DNA from: Octopus sinensis
Lineage: Eukaryota
Assembly (NCBI RefSeq): GCF_006345805.1
Contig: NC_042997.1
Location: forward strand, 12,090,001 to 12,154,000
DNA length: 64,000 nt
Direction: 5' to 3'
Part shown: one piece after another, positions 39,908 to 51,580 of the stretch
Layout of the letters: each line of letters opens with the position of its first letter
How positions within the stretch are numbered: position 1 is the first letter of the stretch
Translations under genes and position numbers: made by a program
The notes under the pieces: generated by a model
What the model was told of the DNA's origin: nothing
Database searches by the model: none
What the model saw: the letters and a program-made list of their open reading frames with translations, nothing else

Positions 39908-40122
39908 ATTTGTGTGTCGTGTTTGTCGCCCTAGCATTGCTTGACAACCGATGCTGGTGTGTTTACGTCCCCGTCATTTAGCGGTTCGGCAACAGAGACC
40001 GATAGAATAAGTACTGGGCTTACAAAGAATAAGTCCCGGGGTCGATTTGCTCGACTAAAGGCGGTGCTCCAGCATGGTCGCAGTCAAATGACTGAAACAA
40101 GTAAAAGAGTAAAAGAGTAAAA
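38586..40122 (+). mobile_element. Family C SINE split by an insertion: 5' half 38586-38730, 3' half 39895-40122
   Basis: Both halves match the intact copy at 14483-14868; the split lies at the internal TA tract. Confidence 0.8.
38734..39815 (+). mobile_element. Partial-tandem repeat (period 791 bp; 38734-39026 repeated at 39525-39815), Penelope pLTR-like
   Basis: ~290-bp direct repeats around a pyrimidine-rich core; inserted in (TA)n; weak CTGAAGA...CGAATGTC motif. Confidence 0.6.
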
Positions 40123-40139
40123 GAATATATATATACAAA

Positions 40140-41050
40140 CACTACGCAATGTATTCAGTACTATGTTCTTTTCTTTGTGCGCATGCCATTGCGTCTGTGT
40201 TTGTATGTGTGTATGCATGTGTTTATGTGTGTGTATGTGTGTGCGTGTCATTGTTCTTAGCAGCATTATGGCTATTGAGCTGCTGCTATCCGAACACCCG
40301 ATAATTTAGTACAGTTCCTGTATCCCTCTGTGTTTGTGTGGTCCCCCACGGTTTTGCCATCGTGGTAGCTGCTGTTGTTGTTACTTCCATCGTTGTCACC
40401 GCCGCTGCTGCTGTCTTTATTTGTGTTGTTGATATTGTTGTGGTTGACTGTGAAGTTTCTTGTGTGTGTTTGTGTGTATGGGTTCGTTTCGTGTGTTGTT
40501 TGTATCCATGTCCTTTATATGAATTTATAATTCATTATTTTATCTATTCTATTATTTCTATTCTTAATTCATACAGGTATGGTGACAACAAATATTTATT
40601 TATCTTTTTATCAATATTTAATTATTAGTTTTTTTAAATCTTTATTTGTCTATCTCTAATTTTTATCTATATCACTGATGAGTGCATATATTCTATTGTG
40701 TGTATTATCCTTACGTATTTGTGTATTATTTACGATTTTCCCTCCCTCTTCTCTTCCCTTCTGTCTTTAGTCATGTGGAGCGGTGTGGTGATGGGTGTTA
40801 TTGTCCCATTCGTGTTTTCTATTGGGGATTGGTCTATCTACTACTATGTTTGTAGCCTCTGTAATTTGTCTAAGTGCCGTGACATTTCTATGCATCGATA
40901 ATACTTTAACTTCTATGCTATTAACCGAGCCTCTATGTTCTGTCTGAGCACGTTGTTAGAGCAATGATGAACTTTTCTCTTCTTTGAGCTCTCGCCAATG
41001 TTCACCTATATGCTCTCCTATGCTGCGTGCAGCCTTTCCAGTGTAGATAG
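40140..41050 (-). mobile_element. Penelope-like 3' end (GIY-YIG C-terminus plus 3' UTR), left arm
   Basis: IYTGKAARSIGEHIGEHWRE...IEVKVL...LRQITEA...NRKHEW on the minus strand. Confidence 0.75.
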
Positions 41051-41486
41051 TTGTATTGCTTCAGCAACTGACCAAAATGGCTAATTTTTTTAGCATAGAG
41101 CTTAAAGTATTATTGAGACATAGAACTGACACGACAATTAGACAGATCACAGATGGTACACACATAGCAGTAGAGAGACTGAATCACAACAGTAAACACG
41201 AATGGAACAGTAACACCCACCACTTTAACACACCACATGACTAAAGACTGAAGGAAAGAGAAGAGAGAGGAAAAAATCGTAAATAAGACAGAGATACATA
41301 CAGGAATATACACACGCAATAGACATACATGCACTTATCTGTGATACATATAATATAGATAATTAATATATATATATATATATATAGGTAAAGGAATAAA
41401 TGAATAAATATATTTGTCGCATACCTGTGATAAGTATAAGAAATAGAGATGGATAAAATAACTAACTAAATCCATTTAAAGAGCAT

Positions 41487-41797
41487 GTGTGTGGAGGGAC
41501 ATGGCCTAATGGTTAGAGCAGCGGATTGGCGGTCGGGGGATCGCGGTTTGGAATCTCAGACCGGGCGATGTGTGTGTTTATGAGCGAAACACCTAAGCTC
41601 CACACGGCTCCGGCAGAAAGTAATGGCGAACTTCTGCTGACACCTTCACCACAAATTTCTCTCTCTTATTCATCCTGCATCTTGCAGCTCACCTGCGACG
41701 GACCGGCGTCCCGTCCAGGTGGGGAACCTATACGCCACGGAAACCGGGAAACCGGCTCTTATGATCCAGGCATGGCTCGAGAAGGAACAAACAAAAC
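41487..41797 (+). mobile_element. tRNA SINE family B, second tail type
   Basis: Head gtggagggacatggcctaatggttagagcagcgg; B box ggtttggaatctc. Confidence 0.8.
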
Positions 41798-41803
41798 ATT
41801 TAA

Positions 41804-42023
41804 CCCTTTAGTGTTCAGATTACTCTGTTAAATGTAATACTTTTTCACTCAAATTGTTTTGAATTAATCATGCATTATCTCATAGCTTTGAGGTTTCAAT
41901 GATGTGATTGTATATTTTTTGAATGTCAATGTAGGTTAGATTTGAGGGGCTAGATATTCCCAGTTTGTTTATAAAACATATAGAATATTTGGGCCAGATA
42001 TGGCCGGTTTAAACACTAAAGGG
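41804..42023. mobile_element. piggyBac-type MITE (220 bp)
   Basis: TTAA at 41800-03 and 42024-27; perfect 12-bp TIR CCCTTTAGTGTT / AACACTAAAGGG. Confidence 0.85.
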
Positions 42024-42506
42024 TTAAAGGGCATGGTTACAAACAACGTACGAAGTGAACCCATACACACAAACACAGACACAAGAAATTTCACGGACGG
42101 CCACAATAATATCAATAGCACGAATAAAAACAACAACAGCAGCAGCGGCGGTGACAACGATGGCAATAACAATAAATACCACGATGGCAACACCGTGCCC
42201 GAACACACAAACACAGAGGAATACAGGAACTGGACCAACTTTCGGGTCTCAAGACAGCAGCAGCACAATGGTGAGAGGATGAGACTAATGGGAAGGCCAT
42301 ACTGCTGCTAAGAACAATGAGACAGACACAAGCATACACACACACACACACATACACGCGTATGCACACACACACACGCACACACAGACGCACACACACG
42401 TATACACACACACAAAAATAGACGCAAACGTATGTGCACATAAGGATACATATCTTAGAAGAACAGAATGGAGTAAGTGGAGCAAGAGAACACACGAAAG
42501 CGAAAC

Positions 42507-42554
42507 GTGTCGCTGAAGAGGTCACAGATGTGTGACGAAATGGACAATGGACAT
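42507..42554 (+). ncRNA. Degenerate hammerhead-like motif at the end of the right Penelope arm
   Basis: CUGAAGA 42513-19, perfect 6-bp stem GUCACA/UGUGAC, GAAA 42537-40, stem I GUGUC/GACAU; stem III and cleavage triplet not intact. Confidence 0.4.
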
Positions 42555-42704
42555 GCGTTAAAAAGAAACAGTAATAAACGACTGAAGAAAACATATATAG
42601 TGCGTATGTTTATTTGGCAAAAGAATGACCATCCTGAAATACAACAATATCTGTTTCAACACAATTTGCTACCAGGAATTTTGCAACACATTGATAAACG
42701 TATG

Positions 42705-42767
<63 letters not shown>

Positions 42768-42792
42768 GTATATACAAAGTATATGTCTTATG

Positions 42793-42828
<36 letters not shown>

Positions 42829-42930
42829 ATATATAATATACATGTATATATTATTTATGTATATATATAGATATAATATATATATATATATAATATACAT
42901 GTATATATACATGTATATATATAGTATATT

Positions 42931-42976
<46 letters not shown>

Positions 42977-43110
42977 TTAATATATATATACATAATCATA
43001 CATACATACATACATACATAGTATAAAATAATAAGGATAGAAATTGACATTAATCAATTAAAACCAGTGGCTTAGCATATTTCAGAAATCCGAAGATTAA
43101 AAATTGTTAC

Positions 43111-43309
43111 ATACAAAATTATGAGAAATGACCACTAAAGTGGACACCTAATATGCTAAACATAAACGTCAAAACGCCGTTACCACGAAGAGTGTGTTAT
43201 CAAGAATAATCTTTTTCTTGAAAACACACTATTCGTGTAACGGCGTTTTGACGTCTATGTTTAGCATATTAGGTGTCTACTTTAGCGGTCATTCCTCTTA
43301 ATTTTGTAT
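43111..43309. mobile_element. 199-bp foldback/MITE-like near-perfect palindrome
   Basis: Arms of ~95 bp (atacaaaatta...caagaa / ttcttg...taattttgtat) with few mismatches; TA at both ends. Confidence 0.85.
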
Positions 43310-43367
43310 ATGCATAGCATATGTGTAGAAATGTATATGTTTATATACACACTGGTACACACACACA

Positions 43368-43398
<31 letters not shown>

Positions 43399-43420
43399 CA
43401 TTGGTACATTTCCTTCTCTC

Positions 43421-43483
<63 letters not shown>

Positions 43484-43546
43484 TCACACGCACATATATA
43501 TATTCGTGTGTAGACTACGGTGTGTCTGGTTATATGTATATATATT

Positions 43547-43587
<41 letters not shown>

Positions 43588-43715
43588 AAGGTGTGATGTA
43601 ATGTATCTAGAACACAAACTAACAACAAAATGGCGTACAAGTCACTAAAAACAATACTTAAAACAAACAAAAAATAATGTTCTAATCCGCAGCTTACATC
43701 TCGTCACTACCGTCA

Positions 43716-43748
<33 letters not shown>

Positions 43749-44121
43749 CAAAGGCACTCACACACAAACACTCAAAGGCACACAAGTACAGAAATATATA
43801 CGCGCACAAACATATACTCACCCACGCGCACACATACACCCACCCTCACATGTACGTAGGTATGTACGCATTTGTTTGTGTTTAAGTGTTTGTGTTTAAG
43901 TGACTGTGCGTGTTTTTGCAAATAAATAAAACTGGACCTCACTTTATGTGAAGTATTATTGGGAAAATGACTGAAGCGTACATTGAGTAGCTTACCATTA
44001 GTTTTGACAATTGGAATATTTTTGCTTTTTATTGTACTTCAATGTGTGTAAAAGTTATTCGATATTTTATCTACGTTTCGAGTGTGCTTCACTGGTTTTT
44101 CAATACTTGTTATTCATCTAG

Positions 44122-44169
44122 GGACAATGTTTGCTCCATGGACGCCCTCTGTCGTCACCGCATCGTACG
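44122..44169 (+). other. Candidate 48-nt internal exon
   Basis: Acceptor ttgttattcatctAG, donor ACG|GTAAGT; all three frames open; GC-richer than flanks. Confidence 0.4.
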
Positions 44170-44350
44170 GTAAGTATGTATTGACTTCTGCACTGAATAT
44201 GATAAAGAAAAATACAATTTGCACAAGACGGTAACGGTAAGCAATTAAATAGTATAACGGTCATAAGTTACTACTAATACTACTACTGCTGCTGCCGCCG
44301 CGGCTACATTTACTACTACTACAACAACTACTACTACTACTACTACAACA

Positions 44351-44393
<43 letters not shown>

Positions 44394-44414
44394 ATAATAA
44401 TAATAATAATAATA

Positions 44415-45320
44415 TACCTTTCTACTTTAGGCACAAAGCCTGAAATTTTGGAGGAGGAGATTAGTCGATTACAGTGACCCCAGTGTGTCACTGGTACTTA
44501 TTTTACCGATCCCGAAAAGACGAAAGGCAAAGTCGACCTCGGCGGAATTTGAACTCAGAACGTAGCGGCAGACGAAATACCTATTTGTTTACTACCCACA
44601 AGGGGCTAAACACACAGGGGACAAACAAGGACATACACACGGATTAAGTCGATTACATTGACCCCAGTGCGTAACTGGTACTTATTTTAATCGACCCGAA
44701 AAGACGAAAGGCAAAGTCGACCTCGGCGGAATTCGAACTCAGAACGTAGCATGGGAGAAATACCGCTAAGCATTTCGCCCAGCGTGATAACGATTCTGCC
44801 AGCTCGCTGCCCTCCTCCTCCTCCTAATAATAATAATCCTTTCTACTATAGACACAAGGCCTGAAACTTTTGGGGAGGTGGCCGGTCGATTTGATCGACG
44901 CCATTACGAAATTGGTACTTAATTTACCGACCCCGAAAGGATGAAAGGCAAAGTCGACCTCGGTGGAATTTGAACTCAGAACGTAATAGCAGACGAAATA
45001 CTGATAAACATTTCGCCGGGCGTGCTAACGATTCAGCCAGCTCGCTGCCCTCATAATGATGATGATGATGATGATGATAATAATAATATATTTCTTTATT
45101 GCCCACAAGGGGCTAAACACAGAGAGGACAAACAAGGACAGACAAAGGGATTAAGTATATTACATCGACCTCAGTGCGTAACTGGTACTTTATTTATGGA
45201 CCCAGAAAGGATGAAAGGCAAAGTCGACCTTGGCGGAATTTGAACTCAGAACATAACGGCAGACGAAATATCGCTAAGCATTTCGCCCGGCGCGCTAACA
45301 TTTCTGCCAGCTCACCGTCT
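44415..45320 (-). mobile_element. Cluster of family A SINEs (dimer 44415-44815, monomers 44835-45050 and 45090-45320) with AAT/ACT/GAT tracts
   Basis: Sequence matches. Confidence 0.8.
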
Positions 45321-46021
45321 AATAACAATAGCAACAACAATTTATGCATGCATATATACAACCATATTTATTCAAGTTGACGTGAATTTAATTGAAGAAA
45401 AACGTTGATAATTTTAAAAAAGAAAACAGATCTATATGATGACTAGTATGATTTTTGTTATACGATTAATGTTTATTATAATGAGTCAATAATAAAAATC
45501 CATTAATACAATATTCATAAATTATTAATGCACTCAGGTATATCTGATATATATATATATACTTGCATGTATTGTAGAAGTATATTTATGTATGTATGCA
45601 TGTGTGCATAGATAAATATGAGGATATATATATATATATATAGGTGTGTGTAAGTGTGTAAGTATGTGTAAGTGTGTGTGTGTGTAGTTATGTTTATATG
45701 TTTAAACTGAAACTCGCCCACACTCAAGTATATCTGTTATGTATATATGTGTAGGTATTGTAGAAGTATATTTATATGTATTCATGTACACATAGATAAA
45801 TATGTGTGTTGCGCTTGTGCGTGCGCGTATGTGTATGAGTGTATTGTCTATTTGTGCCTGTGTATGTGTGTGCGCGTGTGTGTATGTGTGTGTAGATATA
45901 TGTTTATATATATGTATATATATATATGCATACATAAATTTTTTTGTGTGTGTGTATATATATATACGTATGTATATATATGCATAAGTGTGTAATGCAT
46001 ATATATATGCGTGTATTTGTA

Positions 46022-46066
<45 letters not shown>

Positions 46067-47837
46067 GTGTGTGTATGTATGTATGTATGTATGTATGTAT
46101 GTATGTATGTATGTATGTATGTATGTATCGAACTGCAACTCTTGATCAGAAGTCAGATCAGCTAGTATCACGTCTGTTAGAACGTAGAGAATTAGATCGA
46201 CATTCAGACTTGCACTTTTAACGCAGCGAAGCAAACAAATTCTTGAAAAACTGGTACTGTATTCTGCTTTTTCAGTATTTTGTGATAAACATGTAAAAAT
46301 GTAATCTCCTGATTCCAAGTATAGTAATTAATTCAGATTTAAAATCTTCAACCGCTAAGATTTTATTATGAATAACACTACTATATATATATATATATAT
46401 ATATATACTTCAGTTGTAAACACGACAATTGATTCGAAGGGTCAACACAACTGAAAATAATGTTTGTTAAGCAGCAGTTATATTACGTTCAAATTTTAGC
46501 TGTAATTTGTCCTTGAACACGATGTAAAATATTCTATACACACATGTATGTATGTGTGTGCGCGTGTGTATGTATATATATGTGCTATGGTCACATGTAT
46601 ATACAAACACATATGTGCACATATACGAAAGACAATTGCAATTCGTATGGATTTTTTTTTTCAGAAGTTTAGTGATAAGAGATTCCAAAATTTTCGAGGT
46701 GGTTTCTTATGCTTTGAGGTAGAGTGAAATGAAAAGTTTCAAATGCCAGCAGTAATAAGGATATCTGTCCTTCCTTCTCTCCTGACATGAAGACTGTGTA
46801 AAGGAAAAAAAAAAATCTTTCCACTTAGACAATAGTTATTGGTTTTCAGCCTCTAGGAAAAATGGTATCTTTTGCATACAGATGTAAAAATCTACCCGAA
46901 GGGGATCCTGGTAACTGAGATTCCTTCCTGTGCAAAATGGCTTTGTATGCATGAAAAGGAAATTGCCCTTATGCACAGCAGAGGCTGCAGATTTGCCCTT
47001 AGCATAATGGTGGCACAAGCGTAAAGATAAAAAGAGGCCTGTAGGCATATTCCTTATTGAAGTCGTACTTACAGTAAATCACTTCATGAATATAAGGAAG
47101 AATTTGTCAAGCAGATAATGGCAGTCACCGTTATATGCCCACGGATAAATAATTCTCCAAATGTCAAGATAAAATTCTGCCTGTAGTCTTGATAACAATT
47201 GTGGCCTGTCTCCATCAAATGGCAGCTTTGAATATGAGAATAGGTTACAAAATTTTTGATGACATAAAAGCGACTACAATCTAATAAAAGACACTAGGTT
47301 ACAGAACAAGGTACAGTTTTGATGCAAAATAATTTTTTCGCATAGAGGAAAAATCTTAGATAATTCAATAAGAATTAGGTTTCTTATCGGATATTATACA
47401 AGATGACATAAAATGTCTAATCATATTCAGTATTTTATTTTCTTTAATTTTCAGGTGATCTTCGAGCTTTTCTTCGCATCAGATGCTTCAGATTATATAC
47501 ACGTTTAGATTCAGGCGATATATATTAGATATGTTACTAAATGAGTTATTGCTTTATCTAATATCATATGACGCAATGTATGTTATCTTATATTCCCGTT
47601 TGAACTCATAACAAAATTCACCATGGAGAATCAATCAAAAGTTGTGGATGAGAATTACTTACAAATGACTTAATAATATAGAGGTTCCAATCGGTTGTGC
47701 ACGGGAACTGAAATGATGAAAGTAAACTATATTCAAACACACTACAATATCAAGTTATTTATTATTTCACCATCAATTTTATATACTATATAGTATTTTT
47801 GTCATTGGTTTGCAGGAAATACAACAAAGTACGAAAC

Positions 47838-47963
47838 TGACGCATGCGCACGGAAATTATTACTTAGCAAAACCAAAGAAATACATGCCTTCTCTACGCG
47901 GTCATTTCACACGATAGAATATTTAACCCCGTCTTCGAATTTCTGTCTACCTACGTGACGTCA
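47838..47963. promoter_or_regulatory. Possible promoter: NRF-1-like ACGCATGCGC (47840-49) and full CRE TGACGTCA (47956-63)
   Basis: Motifs in non-repetitive sequence, followed by (CAA)n(CAG)n; minus-strand donor GTAAGT at 47662-57. Confidence 0.3.
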
Positions 47964-48206
47964 ATCAGAGCTGTGCTGGTGTTACACAACAACAACAACA
48001 ACAACAACAGCAACAACACAACAACAACAACAGCAGCAGCAGCAGCAATAAATAAATAAAATTAGTATTTTATAAGTTTACATAAGTGATTTAATGCAGA
48101 CAATGTACCTATTATAAATAGTAGCTTAATCTCCCAGAAACTGAGTGTGCTCATAGAAGCTGGCACATTACATAATGCTGTCATCACTATAATACAAATT
48201 ATGAGA

Positions 48207-48593
48207 GTGGAGGCGCAATGGTCCAGTGGTTAGGGCAGCGGACTCGCGGTCATAGGATCGCGGTTTCGATTCCCAGACCGGGCGTTGTGAGTGTTTATTG
48301 AGCGAAAACACCTAAAAGCTCCACGAGGCTCCAGCAGGGGATGGTGGTGATCCCTGCAGTACTCTTTCACCACAACTTTCTCTCACTCTTACTTCCTGTT
48401 TCTGTTGTACCTGTATTTCAAGGGGCCGGCCTTGTCACTCTCTGTGTTACGCTGAATATCCCCGAGAACTACGTTAAGGGTGCACGTGTCTGTGGAGTGC
48501 TCAGCCACTTACACGTTAATTTCACGAGCAGGCTGTTCCGTTGATTCGGATCAACCGGAACCCTCATCGTCGTAACCGACGGAGTGCTCTAAA
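48207..48593 (+). mobile_element. tRNA SINE family B, long tail, with 12-bp target-site duplication
   Basis: ACAAATTATGAG at 48194-48205 and 48594-48605. Confidence 0.9.
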
Positions 48594-48747
48594 ACAAATT
48601 ATGAGCATGAAACTGCATCCTAATTTTACAATATTTGATGCAGAATGGTGAAAAATATATCATCCTTAGTTTCTGCCAAAGAAATACCATGGAGACATGG
48701 TTTTTCTGTTCACTCTCAATCTATGACAAGTAATATTTCAGAGGTTA

Positions 48748-50512
48748 GAGGCGACGAGCTGGCGGAAACGTTAGCACGCCGGGCGAAATGCTTAGCGGTA
48801 TATCGGCTGCCTCTACGTTCTGAGTTCAAATTCCGCCGAGGTCGACTTTGCCTTTCATCCTTTCGGGGGTCGATTAAATAAGTACCAGTTACGCACTTTG
48901 GTCGATATAATCGTCTTAATCCATTTGTCTGCCCTTGTTTGTCCTCTCTGTGTTTAGCCCCTTGTGGGTAGTAAAGAAATAGGTATTTCGTTGGCCGCTA
49001 CGTTCTGAGTTCAAATTCCGCCAAGGTCGACTTTGACTTTCATCCTTTCGGAGTCTACCAGTTACGCACTGTGGTCGATATAATCGACTTAATACGTTTG
49101 TCTGTCCTTGTTTGTCCTCTCTGTGTTTAGTCCCCTTGTGAGTAGTAAAGAAATAGGTATTTCGTCTGCCGCTACGTTCTGAGTTCAAATTCCGCCAAGG
49201 TCGACTTTGCCTTTCATCCTTTCGGGATCGATAAATTAAGTACCAGTTACGCACTGGTCGATATAATCGACTTAATACGTTTGTCTGCCCTTGTTTATCT
49301 TCTCTGTGTTTAGTCCCTTGTGGGTAGTAAAGAAATAGGTATTTCGTCTGCCGCTACGTTCTGAGTTCGAATTCCGCCGAGGTCGACTTTGCCTTTCATC
49401 CTTTCAGGATCGATAAATTAAGTACCAGTTACGCACTGGGGTCGATATAATCGACTTAATACGTTTGTCTGTCCTTGTTTGTCCTCTCTGTGTTTAGTCC
49501 CCTTGTGAGTAGTAAAGAAATAGGTATTTCGTCTGCCGCTACGTTCTGAGTTCGAATTCCACCGAGGTCGACTTTGCCTTTCATCCTTTCAGGATCAATA
49601 AATTAAGTACCAGTTACGCACTGCGGTCGATATAATCGACTTAATACGTTTGTCTGTCCTTGTTTGTCCTCTCTGTGTTTAGTCCCCTTGTGAGTAGTAA
49701 AGAAATAGGTATTTCGTCTGCCGCTACGTTCTGAGTTCAAATTCCGCCAAGGTCGACTTTGCCTTTCATCCTTTCAGGATCGATAAATTAAGTACCAGTT
49801 ACGCACTGGAGTCGATATAATCGACTTAATTCGTTTGTCTGCCCTTGTTTATCTTCTCTGTTTAGTCCCTTGTGGGTAGTAAAGAAATAGGTATTTCGTC
49901 TGCCGCTACGTTCTGAGTTCGAATTCTGCCGAGGTCGACTTTGCCTTTCATCCTTTCAGGATCGATAAATTAAGTACAGTACGCACTGGGGTCGATATAA
50001 TCGACTTAATACGTTGTCTGTCCTTGTTTGTCCTCTCTGTGTTTAGTCCCCTTGTGAGTAGTAAAGAAATAGGTATTTCGTCTGCCGCTACGTTCTGAGT
50101 TCGAATTCCACCGAGGTCGACTTTGCCTTTCATCCTTTCAGGATCAATAAATTAAGTACCAGTTACGCACTGCGGTCGATATAATCGACTTAATACGTTT
50201 GTCTGTCCTTGTTTGTCCTCTCTGTGTTTAGTCCCCTTGTGAGTAGTAAAGAAATAGGTATTTCGTCTGCCGCTACGTTCTGAGTTCGAATTCCGCCAAT
50301 GTCGACTTTGCCTTTCATCCTTTCGGGATCGATAAATTAAGTACCAGTTACGCACTGGAGTCGATATAATCGACTTAATTCGTTTGTCTGTCCTTGTTTA
50401 GTTTCTCTTGTCAAGAAATAGTTATTTCGCCTGCCGCTATGTTCTGAGTTCAAATTCCGCTGAGGTCAACTTTACCTTTCATCCTTTCTGTTTCAATAAA
50501 ATAAGTACCAGA
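48748..50512 (+). repeat. Tandem array of family A SINE: one full copy, eight headless ~174-186-bp units, one partial unit
   Basis: Unit starts (ggtatttcg) at 48982, 49156, 49338, 49523, 49708, 49890, 50072, 50257; partial at 50421. Confidence 0.95.
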
Positions 50513-50539
50513 AGCCATGAGAACCACCGCTTGGTTCTG

Positions 50540-50546
50540 CATCATA

Positions 50547-50612
<66 letters not shown>

Positions 50613-50700
50613 CATCATCATTATTATTATCAGTAGTAGTAGTAGTAGTTGTAGTAGTAGTAGTAGTAGTAGTAGTAGTATAGTAGTAGTAGTAGTAGTA
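50540..50700. repeat. (ATT)n(AGT)n tract
   Basis: Directly visible. Confidence 0.95.
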
Positions 50701-51189
50701 CCAGTGAAACACTGGTGTCGATGTAATCGACTTATCCCCTCCAAAAAAACTGCAGCCCTTGTAGCAAAACTTGAAACCATTATTTTAGAGGTCGGATTGA
50801 ATACAAGAGAGTAATCTTCTAAAAATAGATAACTATTTAGCAGAAAATACTGAACTGGTAACTAGTACTTGATGATTCTAATATTAAGGGAAACAGGAAG
50901 GTAAATGAATTAGCAAATGGTGGAGCGCTATGAAAAATTTATATACGCTTCATTCTAAATATTTCTAAAATCTTCCATCGGAAGCCTATTTAACAAGACT
51001 GGAATGGAAAGATATTGGGAAGAATTTAGTGATAGACTATCGCGGTGTCTCGCTTACTGTCTACATTAGATATATCAACATAAGCATACAAAATGTATCA
51101 AACATTGAAAGTTAACAAAAACATTTTAGCGTTCGAACACGTCATATTTCGTTGTATATTTCATGAACAGCTAGTACAAAATCATATAT

Positions 51190-51580
51190 GTGGAAGCACT
51201 CCGTCGGTTACGACGATGAGGGTTCCGGTTGATCCGATCAACGGAACAGCCTGCTCGTGAAATTAACGTGTAAGTGGCTGAGCACTCCACAGACACGTGT
51301 ACCCTTAACGTAGTTCTCGGGGATATTCAGCGTGACACAGAGAGTGACAAGGCCGGCCCTTTGAAATACAGGTACAACAGAAGCAGGAAGTAAGAGTGAG
51401 AGAAAGTTGTGGTGAAAGAGTACAGCAGGGATCACCACCATCCCCTGCTGGAGCCTCGTGGAGCTTTTAGGTGTTTTCGCTCAATAAACACTCACAACGC
51501 CCGGTCTGGGAATCGAAACCGCGATCCTACGACCGCGAGTCCGCTGCTCTAACCAGTGGGCCCTTGCGCCGCCTCCACAC
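51190..51580 (-). mobile_element. tRNA SINE family B, long tail (inverted twin of 48207-48593)
   Basis: Reverse-complement match; possible TCATATAT target-site duplication. Confidence 0.88.

Larger units (their letters stand above)
41056..42560 (+). mobile_element. Penelope-like 3' end, right arm (interrupted by a SINE and a MITE)
   Basis: ORF 41056-41244 IELKVLL...IRQITDG...NSKHEW; UTR mirrors 40140-40930. Confidence 0.75.

Noticed and set aside
46850-47300. Possible pogo or RT remnant
   Set aside because: No convincing motif in any frame.
47455-47528. Tyrosine kinase subdomain V (GDLRAFLR)
   Set aside because: Only eight residues of similarity followed by a stop; no other kinase motifs in the window.
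48748-50512. CRISPR-like or tRNA gene array
   Set aside because: Units are contiguous SINE bodies with no unique spacers and no cloverleaf; eukaryotic context; no cas genes.
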